A stretch of 64,000 nt of DNA, from the NCBI GenBank assembly GCA_033763315.1, contig JANRKS010000028.1:154240-218239 (forward strand), written 5' to 3'. How positions within the stretch are numbered: the stretch's first letter is position 1; the number at the start of each line of letters is the position of its first letter. The stretch comes from Deltaproteobacteria bacterium. GTDB lineage: Bacteria > Myxococcota_A > Polyangia > Fen-1088. Made by a program: the position numbers and the translations under genes. The notes beneath the pieces are model-generated. The model searched no databases, was not told where the DNA came from, and saw only the letters and a list, made by a program, of their open reading frames with translations. Below, one piece after another: positions 10,007-18,213 of this stretch.

Positions 10007-10888
10007 TCAATCAAGGTTGCCGTATGCTTTGGCGACGAGTCCACGAATCAAGCGCAGCGTCTGTGGCGCCACTTGCGCCAGATTGGGTTCGCTGCGCGCC
10101 TCCACGCTAACGCCCCCGTGGTATCGCACCTTCGCCAGATTTGCGAAAAACGTCGCATAATCTGATTCTTCTTCGGACACAGGAAAGGCCCGGCCATGTG
10201 GATTGGCGATGTGTAGATGGCGAATGTGGGAACCGGCGCGGAGGATGATCGATGGATCCTCGTTCTCGATGGCCATATGAAAGAAGTCGATCATAAGCTC
10301 AAAATTGGGTCGCTCAACCGCGTTCACGTAAGCCAAACACTCTGCTGCGGTGTTGAGAATGTTGCTCTCGGAGGATTGCAGGGGCTCGACAACGATCACG
10401 ATGTTGTGCCGTCGCGCCTCATTTGCGGCCCTTCTGCCAAAGTCAATCAGCTGCAGGATCGCCTTGTCGCGCGCGAACCCTTCAGGAATCGATCGTGCCG
10501 GGCCGCTGCCGAATACCACAAGCGTAACGCCCAAGAGCTTCGCACGGGCCAAGCTCACGGACAGGTATTCGTTTTGAGCCGCAACGTTGGCGTGGGGCCC
10601 CACCAAGGGCAAGTCGCTGGGGATGAAGCTGTTGGAGAAGGGAACCGCAACGCCCATGCGCTTGACCTGGGCGCGCAGCTTCTGAAAATCATCGTCGCTC
10701 AGGCGAGCGTAGTGTTTCACGCCGATTTCGAAATAATCAAAGCCAGCGTCTTTCGTTGGCTGCATGTCCGCCGGAGCGATGGCGCGCCCCACTAAGATTG
10801 GAGGCTTCGCCCAAACATCCGGAGCCGCCCACAAACAAAAGCACAGAGCCAAGATACCCGACGCGCGTCGCTGGTGTGTCTGCTTCAC
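10007..10888 (-). CDS. Sugar phosphate isomerase/epimerase (xylose-isomerase-like TIM barrel) with signal peptide
   Basis: GFDYFE, VVFGSGPARS, metal ligands VEPL / IDFFH / HLH / SVEA; N-terminal signal ending VWA. Confidence 0.85.
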   Translation of the reverse strand: MKQTHQRRASGILALCFCLWAAPDVWAKPPILVGRAIAPADMQPTKDAGFDYFEIGVKHYARLSDDDFQKLRAQVKRMGVAVPFSNSFIPSDLPLVGPHANVAAQNEYLSVSLARAKLLGVTLVVFGSGPARSIPEGFARDKAILQLIDFGRRAANEARRHNIVIVVEPLQSSESNILNTAAECLAYVNAVERPNFELMIDFFHMAIENEDPSIILRAGSHIRHLHIANPHGRAFPVSEEESDYATFFANLAKVRYHGGVSVEARSEPNLAQVAPQTLRLIRGLVAKAYGNLD

Positions 10889-10994
10889 GTAATGAGTGTA
10901 CGGGCGACCACGACCACCTTCGCGCGGTTAAACGCGCGCCGACGGATCAATTAACATTGCTCAGTCTATCTCTGCACAACGCGGGCCGCGGAAC

Positions 10995-11735
10995 CTACCG
11001 CCCGCCCAGAACGCCGATCTTGCCGAAGACGGCTTCTGGGATGCGGCGGACCAACATCATGACGGGCCGCCAGTACCACGGAACAAAAACTTCACCGGCG
11101 CGGCCGTCGATGGCGCGCACAATGTCGCGTGCCACGCGAGGCGCTGTGGCAAACAGGACGTTCCGAGGGTGGCCCACCGTCATCGGTGAATCGGTGGGTC
11201 CAAGCTTGATGTTGGTGACGCTGACGCCGCAAGGGTAAAGCCGGCTACGTAAGCCTTGCAGATACGTGGTGACGGCACGCTTCGACGCGCCGTACGTGAA
11301 GTTGCGGGGGCGGCCACGCTCACCCGCCACTGAAGTGATCGCAGCCAAAGCGCCCGCCCGGTTGCGCTCCATGTGGTTCGCCAGGGGCACAAGCAACGAC
11401 ACCACGGATATGAAATTGACGTGGATGATGCGCGCGGCTTCATTAACATCCATTTCGGACTTGAGTTGGTCGCCCAGATCGCCGTGGGCGATGAGGGCCA
11501 CATCGATCCGACCCAGCTGAGCCACGGCGTCGCCAATGGTGCGCTCGTTGACCGCGAGATCGTCGAACGCTGCCACCACGGCAGCCACCACAGCGGCGCC
11601 AAGCTCAGACTTCAAGGCCAACAACTTTTCGGTGCTGCGGCCCACGAGGTAAAGCGCATCGCCCCGTGCAGCCCACAGGCGGCATGCCTCTGTGGCAACG
11701 GCGCTGGTGGCGCCCAGAACAAGAATGTTTGCCAT
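10995..11735 (-). CDS. Short-chain dehydrogenase, DprE2-like
   Basis: LVLGATSAVA, TSVAGERGR, YGASK, IKLGPTDSPMT. Confidence 0.85.
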   Translation of the reverse strand: MANILVLGATSAVATEACRLWAARGDALYLVGRSTEKLLALKSELGAAVVAAVVAAFDDLAVNERTIGDAVAQLGRIDVALIAHGDLGDQLKSEMDVNEAARIIHVNFISVVSLLVPLANHMERNRAGALAAITSVAGERGRPRNFTYGASKRAVTTYLQGLRSRLYPCGVSVTNIKLGPTDSPMTVGHPRNVLFATAPRVARDIVRAIDGRAGEVFVPWYWRPVMMLVRRIPEAVFGKIGVLGGR

Positions 11736-11737
11736 CG

Positions 11738-11775
11738 TTAGAAGCTTGTCCTTAAAAGCTTGTCCTTAAAAGCTA
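11738..11775. repeat. 14-bp tandem repeat, about 2.7 copies of TTA(A/G)AAGCTTGTCC
   Basis: ttagaagcttgtcc ttaaaagcttgtcc ttaaaagcta fills the gap between the two SDR genes. Confidence 0.85.
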
Positions 11776-12503
11776 ATCTTCCGCATCACGAAGCGGGGCA
11801 AGCGCTTGATCACAAGCATCACCCAGCGCCACATGGGCGGCGCATAGAGCACGGGGGTGCCCCGGCTGATCGCGCGCACCACCAACTTCGCGACGCCTTC
11901 TGGCTCACCCGCAAACGGTGGCGCCTTGAGTCCGGCCGTCATGGCCGTTTTTACGAAGCCCGGTTTAACGCAGATCGTTTTGAGGCCCGCGGCGCGAAAC
12001 TTAAAATCAAGGCTTTCCAAGTAATGCGAAAGTCCGGCCTTGCTGGCGCCGTAGATGGCCACGGGCTTGCGGCCACGATCACCAGCGACCGATGAGAACA
12101 CGCACAGGGTGCCGCCACCACGGCCCAGCAATCGCTTGCGGGCCGCCTCGCAAAACACCACCGTGTTGGTGAAATTCACCAACAACACGCGGCGCGCAAA
12201 GTCCGCGTCGGCTTCAAGTTTGTCTTGCGTGGCAAACAAACCCGCGGTCACCACCACGGTGTCGAACCCATTTAGAGCAGCGTCTGCCGTTTGCAACGCA
12301 GGTTCGATGGTTTCGTGTTGTTCCAGATCGCAAACAAAGCTTGAGACTTTTCCACCTTGCCGCCGCACGGCCAAATCGACGGCGCTGCGCTCAAGGTCGT
12401 CTTTGTCGCGGCCGAGCAGCGCTATGTCATGGCCCGCCTCGAACAACTGGCGCGCCAGGGCGCGGCCCATGCCCTTGGTGCCGCCCAAAATCACGACCTT
12501 CAC
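11766..12503 (-). CDS. Short-chain dehydrogenase, DprE2-like (second paralogue)
   Basis: VILGGTKGMG, SSVAGDRGR, YGASK, VKPGFVKTAMT. The GTG start at 12503 overlaps the upstream stop (GTGA). Confidence 0.85.
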   Translation of the reverse strand: MKVVILGGTKGMGRALARQLFEAGHDIALLGRDKDDLERSAVDLAVRRQGGKVSSFVCDLEQHETIEPALQTADAALNGFDTVVVTAGLFATQDKLEADADFARRVLLVNFTNTVVFCEAARKRLLGRGGGTLCVFSSVAGDRGRKPVAIYGASKAGLSHYLESLDFKFRAAGLKTICVKPGFVKTAMTAGLKAPPFAGEPEGVAKLVVRAISRGTPVLYAPPMWRWVMLVIKRLPRFVMRKISF

Positions 12504-13837
12504 GGCGCCACATCTCCAAGCATGCGCACCGATTGAGCGCTTCGCAGGCGACGTTGCGGATCCCACTTGCGGCGCACCTCTTCAAAGGCGGGCAAACGGG
12601 GCTCCATGGCCCGAAAATCTTCGGCGGTGGTGAAGTTGTCTTTCGTCAAATACATGCGACCGCCCTTTTCGATCACAAACTTGTTGAGCGCCGCCACCAC
12701 TGTGGCTGTGTTGCTTCGGATCGGAAGATCCACGGCGATCGACGTGCCCGGCATGGGGAACGACAGCAACCCTCGCCCCTGCGCGCCGCAGTCCTTGATC
12801 ACGCACAGCGGAGAGGCCAAGCCGAAGCCTGTCAGCAACTCAAGAAATTGCCTTGGCGCTTGCAGGCCCGCGTGTTCCGGCAACACGCACTGGTATTGCG
12901 TGAAGCCCTTCTTACCGTAGCCGCGGTTCCAATGATGAATCGCGTCCAATGGATAAAAGAACGAATCGGGATGGACCACGCCGCGCTTCATTTTGCGGCC
13001 GTGAACACGGTAATAAAGCTCGTTGAAGGCACGCGCGGTCAAGCGGTTCAACGCCCACGAAGGCAAGTTGAACGGCAACGACAATTTGTGCTTCTCGGGC
13101 GGCGGCGCTTTAGGAGCCTCTGCGGGCGTGGCCCAACGGCCCATCATCAAGATGCCGCGGCCCATGAGCTTTCCTCGTGAAACGCAATCGATCCAGCCCA
13201 TCGTCATTGGCCACGCGGGCCCCGCTTCTTTGAGGCCGCGCAAGAAATCGTCGATGCTTGGGACTTGGCGGCTTTCCATCCAGATCCACGGCGAAGCGAT
13301 GCGTTCCATGCGGAACTCCACCTCAAGAATGTGACCTGTCAGGCCCATCCCTCCGATGGTGGCGTCAAACAAGTCGGTGTTCATGGACGGCGAGCATTCA
13401 ACAACGTCGTTGTTGGCCAAGCGCAACTTCATCCAGGTCACGTGCTCGCCAAAGCAGCCATTGCGGTGGTGGTTCTTACCGTGAACGTCCGAGGCCACCA
13501 TGCCCCCCACGGTCACAAATTTTGTCCCGGGTGTCACGGGCGTGAACCAACCTTGGCGCAAGAACAGCCGGTTGAGTTCGTCCAGGCAAAAGCCGGCTTC
13601 GACTTTCATCAAACCGCTGACGGTATCGAACGCAAGCACGCGATCGGCCAACGGCGTTTGCACCACTTTATCGGTTGGGGCCGCCGGCAAAGACGAATCG
13701 CCATAGGAGCGACCTAAGCCGCGGCTTAAAGCGGCGTTGACTGTATCGCGCGCGAGGTCGTCCGAAGCCACGAGCTGGCCCACACCAACCATGCGCCCCC
13801 AACTTTCGGCAGCCAGGCCCAAGGTTTTGTCAGCCAC
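12500..13837 (-). CDS. FAD-binding oxidoreductase, DprE1-like
   Basis: RGLGRSYGD, VTPGTKFVTVGGMVASDVHGKNHH, ATIGGMGLTG, QYQ, LSFPMPG, GGRMYLTKD. Confidence 0.88.
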   Translation of the reverse strand: MADKTLGLAAESWGRMVGVGQLVASDDLARDTVNAALSRGLGRSYGDSSLPAAPTDKVVQTPLADRVLAFDTVSGLMKVEAGFCLDELNRLFLRQGWFTPVTPGTKFVTVGGMVASDVHGKNHHRNGCFGEHVTWMKLRLANNDVVECSPSMNTDLFDATIGGMGLTGHILEVEFRMERIASPWIWMESRQVPSIDDFLRGLKEAGPAWPMTMGWIDCVSRGKLMGRGILMMGRWATPAEAPKAPPPEKHKLSLPFNLPSWALNRLTARAFNELYYRVHGRKMKRGVVHPDSFFYPLDAIHHWNRGYGKKGFTQYQCVLPEHAGLQAPRQFLELLTGFGLASPLCVIKDCGAQGRGLLSFPMPGTSIAVDLPIRSNTATVVAALNKFVIEKGGRMYLTKDNFTTAEDFRAMEPRLPAFEEVRRKWDPQRRLRSAQSVRMLGDVAP

Positions 13838-14480
13838 GCGGTTTGCCCCCAGGCTTGGTGTTGGTTTGATCTAACTGCTCGTAAGCGTCGGTGATCGCGC
13901 GAAACAGTCGCTCGAGCAGCGTGCGAAACATGCCCAGATTCTTGCCGTAGAAGCGATCTGGGTGCAGTTCCTTCGACGCCACAAAGTAGGCTTTCTTGAG
14001 CGCCTTGTGATCGGCCGTGGGCGACACGCCCAAGAGTTCGTGGGGCGCCAGCTTCGGCAGCAGGCGCGCCGCCCGTATGAGCCGCGTCTTTAACGTGATC
14101 TCGAGATCCGGGCCGTCGATCAAGTCGGCGGGATCGACCGCGGAGCCATCATCCAAGCGAGCCAACACGGTTTGCCCCGGCGGCACGGGCGTTTTGGGTT
14201 TTGGTGACGCGGGCGCCTGTGCGGGCGGTGGCGAGCGAGGTGTTTCACCTGGGTTGTAGATGAGCCCCGCTTGCTTAAGCTTTCGCAGGATTTCAATTGT
14301 GCCAGCCGCGCCGAGGCCAGTGACATTGCAGATCTCAGCGTAGCTCGTGTGACCATCCACGCGAGACATCACAAACCCTTCGGTGGGTGATAGCTTTACC
14401 GCGCGCAGGTCAGCCTTGGGGTTCAACAACGGCTTGGTTTTCTTGGGGCCTAAGCCCTCGATGTCATCCGAAGCGCTCAC
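13830..14480 (-). CDS. J-domain-containing protein
   Basis: C-terminal ELLGV...KKAY...ELHPDRFY J-domain; N-terminal LSPTEGFVMSRVDG domain. The GTG start overlaps the argF stop (GTGA). Confidence 0.8.
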   Translation of the reverse strand: MSASDDIEGLGPKKTKPLLNPKADLRAVKLSPTEGFVMSRVDGHTSYAEICNVTGLGAAGTIEILRKLKQAGLIYNPGETPRSPPPAQAPASPKPKTPVPPGQTVLARLDDGSAVDPADLIDGPDLEITLKTRLIRAARLLPKLAPHELLGVSPTADHKALKKAYFVASKELHPDRFYGKNLGMFRTLLERLFRAITDAYEQLDQTNTKPGGKPRG

Positions 14481-15442
14481 GGGCGGGGTAGTAAAAATTC
14501 CAGCAACGCTTTTTGCGCGTGCAAACGGTTCTCGGCCTGGCGCCACACATGGCTTTGCGGGCCTTCGAACACTTCTTCAGTGATCTCTTCGCCCCTGTGT
14601 GCGGGCAAGCAGTGCAACACCATCGCGTTGGGTGACGCCAGCTTCATCAAAGCGCCGTCCAAACAATAACCGGCAAAATCTTTCAGGCGCTGCTCTGTTT
14701 CCGCCTCTTGCCCCATCGACGTGAACACGTCAGTGGAGATCACATCGCGGTCCGCCACCGCTTCTTTCGGATCGGAGACCACGGTGATTTTTGCAGCGGC
14801 GTTGGCGCGCGCCTTCGCCAAGATGGCGGCATCTGGTTGATAGTTCGGCGGGCAAGCCAGCATAAGATCAAGACCAAGCAAGCCTGCCGCTTCGATCCAG
14901 CTGTTGGCCATGTTGTTGCCATCGCCAAGCCACGCATATTTGCGCGCGCTTAAGATAGCGGCCGCATCCAACGAGCCCAGGCCCACGCCGCGGGCAGCGC
15001 CAAAGTGCCCAAGCACGGTCTGCAGATCCGCCAACAGCTGGCAGGGGTGCAGAAGATCGGTGAGGCCATTGATCACAGGCACCGTCGCATACTGGGCCAA
15101 CTCTTGCGCCACCTCATGACCGAACGTGCGAATCATGATCGCGTGGCAATAACCTGAAAGCACCCGCGCCGTATCTTTGACGGGCTCACCACGGCCCAAT
15201 TGCGAACCGTCACGGCCCAACACCACCGCGAAGCCCCCCAGTTCGGCGACGCCAACCTCGAAACTCACGCGCGTGCGTGTGCTGGCTTTTTCAAAAACAA
15301 GCGCCACCACGGAGCCAGGGCGCGAAGCCGCAGCCGTACGCGTGCTGCGCAAAAACCGCAGCTCTTCAGCGCGCAGGAGCAACCCGCACAGCTCATTGGC
15401 GGTGACGTCGTCAAACCCTAAGAAGTCGCGTTTAGGCGCCAT
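14477..15442 (-). CDS. argF: Ornithine carbamoyltransferase
   Basis: FEKASTRTRVSFE, HPCQ, GDGNNMA, SMGQE and HCLPAHRG motifs. Confidence 0.96.
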   Translation of the reverse strand: MAPKRDFLGFDDVTANELCGLLLRAEELRFLRSTRTAAASRPGSVVALVFEKASTRTRVSFEVGVAELGGFAVVLGRDGSQLGRGEPVKDTARVLSGYCHAIMIRTFGHEVAQELAQYATVPVINGLTDLLHPCQLLADLQTVLGHFGAARGVGLGSLDAAAILSARKYAWLGDGNNMANSWIEAAGLLGLDLMLACPPNYQPDAAILAKARANAAAKITVVSDPKEAVADRDVISTDVFTSMGQEAETEQRLKDFAGYCLDGALMKLASPNAMVLHCLPAHRGEEITEEVFEGPQSHVWRQAENRLHAQKALLEFLLPRP

Positions 15443-15455
15443 GAATTTTCGATCC

Positions 15456-16664
15456 TTATGAAGCGGCGCTGAGGACAGCGTTCAAAATGCCCACAGCTTC
15501 ATCAATTTCAGCTTTGGTGACCAGCAACGCGGGCACGAAGCGAACCACCTTGCCGCCCGCCACGCTTAACAACAGGCCACGTTCGCGTGCTTGCGCCACG
15601 ATGGGGGCCGCGTCGCCCGCCATCACCAAACCCTGCAACAAACCCCGCCCGCGTGCGGCGGTGGTTTTCGGATAATGCGCAGCGGCCAAGCGTGCCAGTT
15701 CACCATTTAGGTAGGCGCCCATCGCTTGCACGTTCTGCAGCAGCCCCAAGTCATCAATCGCGTGTTGCACATAAAGCGCGGCCGCGCTGGCCAGCGGGTT
15801 GCCACCAAACGTTGAGGCATGCACGCCAGGCTCGAACGCACGCGACACCTCAGGTGACGCCAACATCGCCCCCATCGGCACGCCGCCGGCGATGCCTTTG
15901 GCCAGCGTGATCACGTCAGGCACCATGTTCTCTTGCTCGAACGCATAAAAGGTGCCCGTACGGCCCACGCCTGTTTGCACTTCGTCAAAGATCAACAACG
16001 CACCGGCCGCGTCGCAGGCCTGCCGCAACTGCAACAAATAACCGGGCGGCGGGACCAAGATGCCGCCTTCAGCCGCGATGGGCTCCACGATCACGGCGCA
16101 CGTGTTCGGCCCCAGGTGTACCTTCACTGCGTCCAAGTTGCCGTAGGGCACGAACGTGACGCCGGGCACGAGAGGGCCAAAGCCTTCCCGGTATTTGGTT
16201 TGTCCCGTCACCGACAACGCGCCCATCGTGCGGCCGTGGAAACTGCCTTCAAACGCGATAATCTCGGTCCGGTTCGGCTGCTGCTTGCAAGTCACCTGGT
16301 ACCGACGCGCGATCTTGAGGGCCGCCTCGTTGGCCTCTGCGCCCGAGTTACAGAAAAACGCACGGCCTGCAAAAGCACGCTTGGCCAAGGCCTCGGCGAA
16401 CAACACCTGCGTCTCGACGTAATAAAGGTTCGAGGTGTGGATGAGGCGCGAGGCTTGGCTGGCAATGGCGTCGGCCAAGCCCCTGTGGCCGTGGCCCAAG
16501 GCACACACGGCAATGCCCGCAGTCATATCTAAATAGCGACGGCCTTCGGTGTCCCACAAAACACAGCCTTCACCACGGCTCATCACGATGGGTGATTGCC
16601 GGTAGTTTTGCAGGAGCAGCTTTTCCGCTGCGCCGATGAGCTCTTGCGCGTGGGTGTTCGACAT
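15456..16664 (-). CDS. argD: Acetylornithine aminotransferase
   Basis: NSGAEANEAA, SFHGRT, DEVQTGVGRTG, PLP lysine in LAKG, HASTFGGNP; adjacent to argF. Confidence 0.93.
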   Translation of the reverse strand: MSNTHAQELIGAAEKLLLQNYRQSPIVMSRGEGCVLWDTEGRRYLDMTAGIAVCALGHGHRGLADAIASQASRLIHTSNLYYVETQVLFAEALAKRAFAGRAFFCNSGAEANEAALKIARRYQVTCKQQPNRTEIIAFEGSFHGRTMGALSVTGQTKYREGFGPLVPGVTFVPYGNLDAVKVHLGPNTCAVIVEPIAAEGGILVPPPGYLLQLRQACDAAGALLIFDEVQTGVGRTGTFYAFEQENMVPDVITLAKGIAGGVPMGAMLASPEVSRAFEPGVHASTFGGNPLASAAALYVQHAIDDLGLLQNVQAMGAYLNGELARLAAAHYPKTTAARGRGLLQGLVMAGDAAPIVAQARERGLLLSVAGGKVVRFVPALLVTKAEIDEAVGILNAVLSAAS

Positions 16665-16786
16665 TGGAGCCCAGCAAAATACCAGAATCCGCGGCCACCG
16701 AAAGCCAACGACCACGCAACAGCTGGTTTAATGTGACCGCAAAGGTATGACCGGTGTTGTGCAGAGCCGGTGCTAGACTTGGGCAA

Positions 16787-17383
16787 GTGGCCGCGACGCT
16801 TAGCCGCAAAGAGGTGGAAGCGCTGTTCCGCACCTATGGACCATTGGTGCGGCGGCGGGCGCGCAGCATCTTAGGCAATGATTCCGAAGCCGACGACGCC
16901 ACCTCGGAAGTGTTCGTCAAGGTCTTGTTGCGCCTCGATGATTTTCGGGGTGAGAGCCAGCCATCCACGTGGCTTTACCGCATCACCACCAATTTGTGCC
17001 TAAACCGCATCCGGGACGAAAAGCGGCACCGCGCCCGTCTCGAAGAGCTGGGGGAGGCCAGGCAAGCCCACATCGCCGCTGAGCGGCCGGCCACCGGTGG
17101 GCCCGAAGGCCGCCTGGCGCTGCAGGTGTTGTTGCAGACGATCCCAGCCGATCTGGCAGAGGTCGCGGTGTACTACCATGTGGACGGCATGGAGCAGGAG
17201 GAGATTGCCGCTGTGATGGGCGTGGCGCGCCGAACCATAGGATATCGTTTGGAAAGATTCCGCGAGGAGGCTCGCAAACACCTTGGCATGGACGCGCTTG
17301 GTGATGGCTTCAAACAATCTATATCTTCGGTTGATCCCGTTGCCGTGGATCCACCGCTTGGGGGTCCAAAGCCCCAGGAATAG
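16787..17383 (+). CDS. ECF RNA polymerase sigma factor
   Basis: Region 2 ADDATSEVF...STWLYRITTNLCLN; region 4 GMEQEEIAAVMGVARRTI. Start approximate (GTG 16787). Confidence 0.9.
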   Translation: MAATLSRKEVEALFRTYGPLVRRRARSILGNDSEADDATSEVFVKVLLRLDDFRGESQPSTWLYRITTNLCLNRIRDEKRHRARLEELGEARQAHIAAERPATGGPEGRLALQVLLQTIPADLAEVAVYYHVDGMEQEEIAAVMGVARRTIGYRLERFREEARKHLGMDALGDGFKQSISSVDPVAVDPPLGGPKPQE

Positions 17384-17390
17384 CTGGCAC

Positions 17391-18197
17391 ATGCAAACGA
17401 AGAACGAAGCCGCAGGGGGGGCACGTCGGGTGGGGCGCGAATGCCTTTCGGACTTGCAGCTCGACCAGATGGAGCTGGGAGAGTTGGATGGCGTGACGAA
17501 CGATCGCGCCCGCTTGCACCTGGCCCAGTGTGGCGTGTGCAAAGAAGCGTGGGAAGCCCTGGTGGCCGACCGACGCGCGTTCGCCGAAGCGGTGGACGTG
17601 CCTCGTGTGGCGGCGCGCATCGTGGCCACAGCTTATCCTTCGGGTGGTCGGGTAAAACGCTGGTTGCGCGGTCTGGCTTTGCCCGCAGCTTTGGCCGCCG
17701 CGGCGGCTTCGGCGCTTGTGTTGTTGGCGCAGCCGCTCAAACTCGCACCCACAGAACGCATCAAAGGTGGAGCAGGCGCGGTGACCTTGGCCACATACGT
17801 AAAGTACGCGGGTCATGAACAACCCGGCAGCCTTTATATGGGGGAGCCACTGAGGGTGGGCGACCGTGTGCAGTTTCGGATCAGCACGGCCGCGCCGGGA
17901 CATCTGGCGATCCTTTCGATTGATGGCCGGGGCGATGTGTCCGTGTTCTACCCGTCAGGTTCCACCACGGCGTCGGTGGGTGCTGGCAAGGATCAGCCGC
18001 TTGGCAACGCTGTGGAGCTCGACGAAAGCGAAGGCACGGAGACGGTTGTGGCGTTGTTGTGTGAAGCCGAACGTCCGCTGGCCGATCTCGTCACAGCGGC
18101 GCGCAAGGCGGCCACACAAGGCGCGGTGCCGGCGCCCTTGCACACAGGTTGCGTGGAAACACGCACAACACTGACGAAAGCGACGCCGTCGCGCTGA
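17391..18197 (+). CDS. Zinc-finger (ZAS) anti-sigma factor with TM helix and DUF4384-like extracytoplasmic domain
   Basis: HLAQCGVC (HxxxCxxC), a hydrophobic segment, then LRVGDRVQF...HLAILSIDGRGDVSVFYP...VELD...GTE. Starts 7 bp after the ECF gene. Confidence 0.8.
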   Translation: MQTKNEAAGGARRVGRECLSDLQLDQMELGELDGVTNDRARLHLAQCGVCKEAWEALVADRRAFAEAVDVPRVAARIVATAYPSGGRVKRWLRGLALPAALAAAAASALVLLAQPLKLAPTERIKGGAGAVTLATYVKYAGHEQPGSLYMGEPLRVGDRVQFRISTAAPGHLAILSIDGRGDVSVFYPSGSTTASVGAGKDQPLGNAVELDESEGTETVVALLCEAERPLADLVTAARKAATQGAVPAPLHTGCVETRTTLTKATPSR

Positions 18198-18213
18198 CCG
18201 CGGCCGCGCTAAC

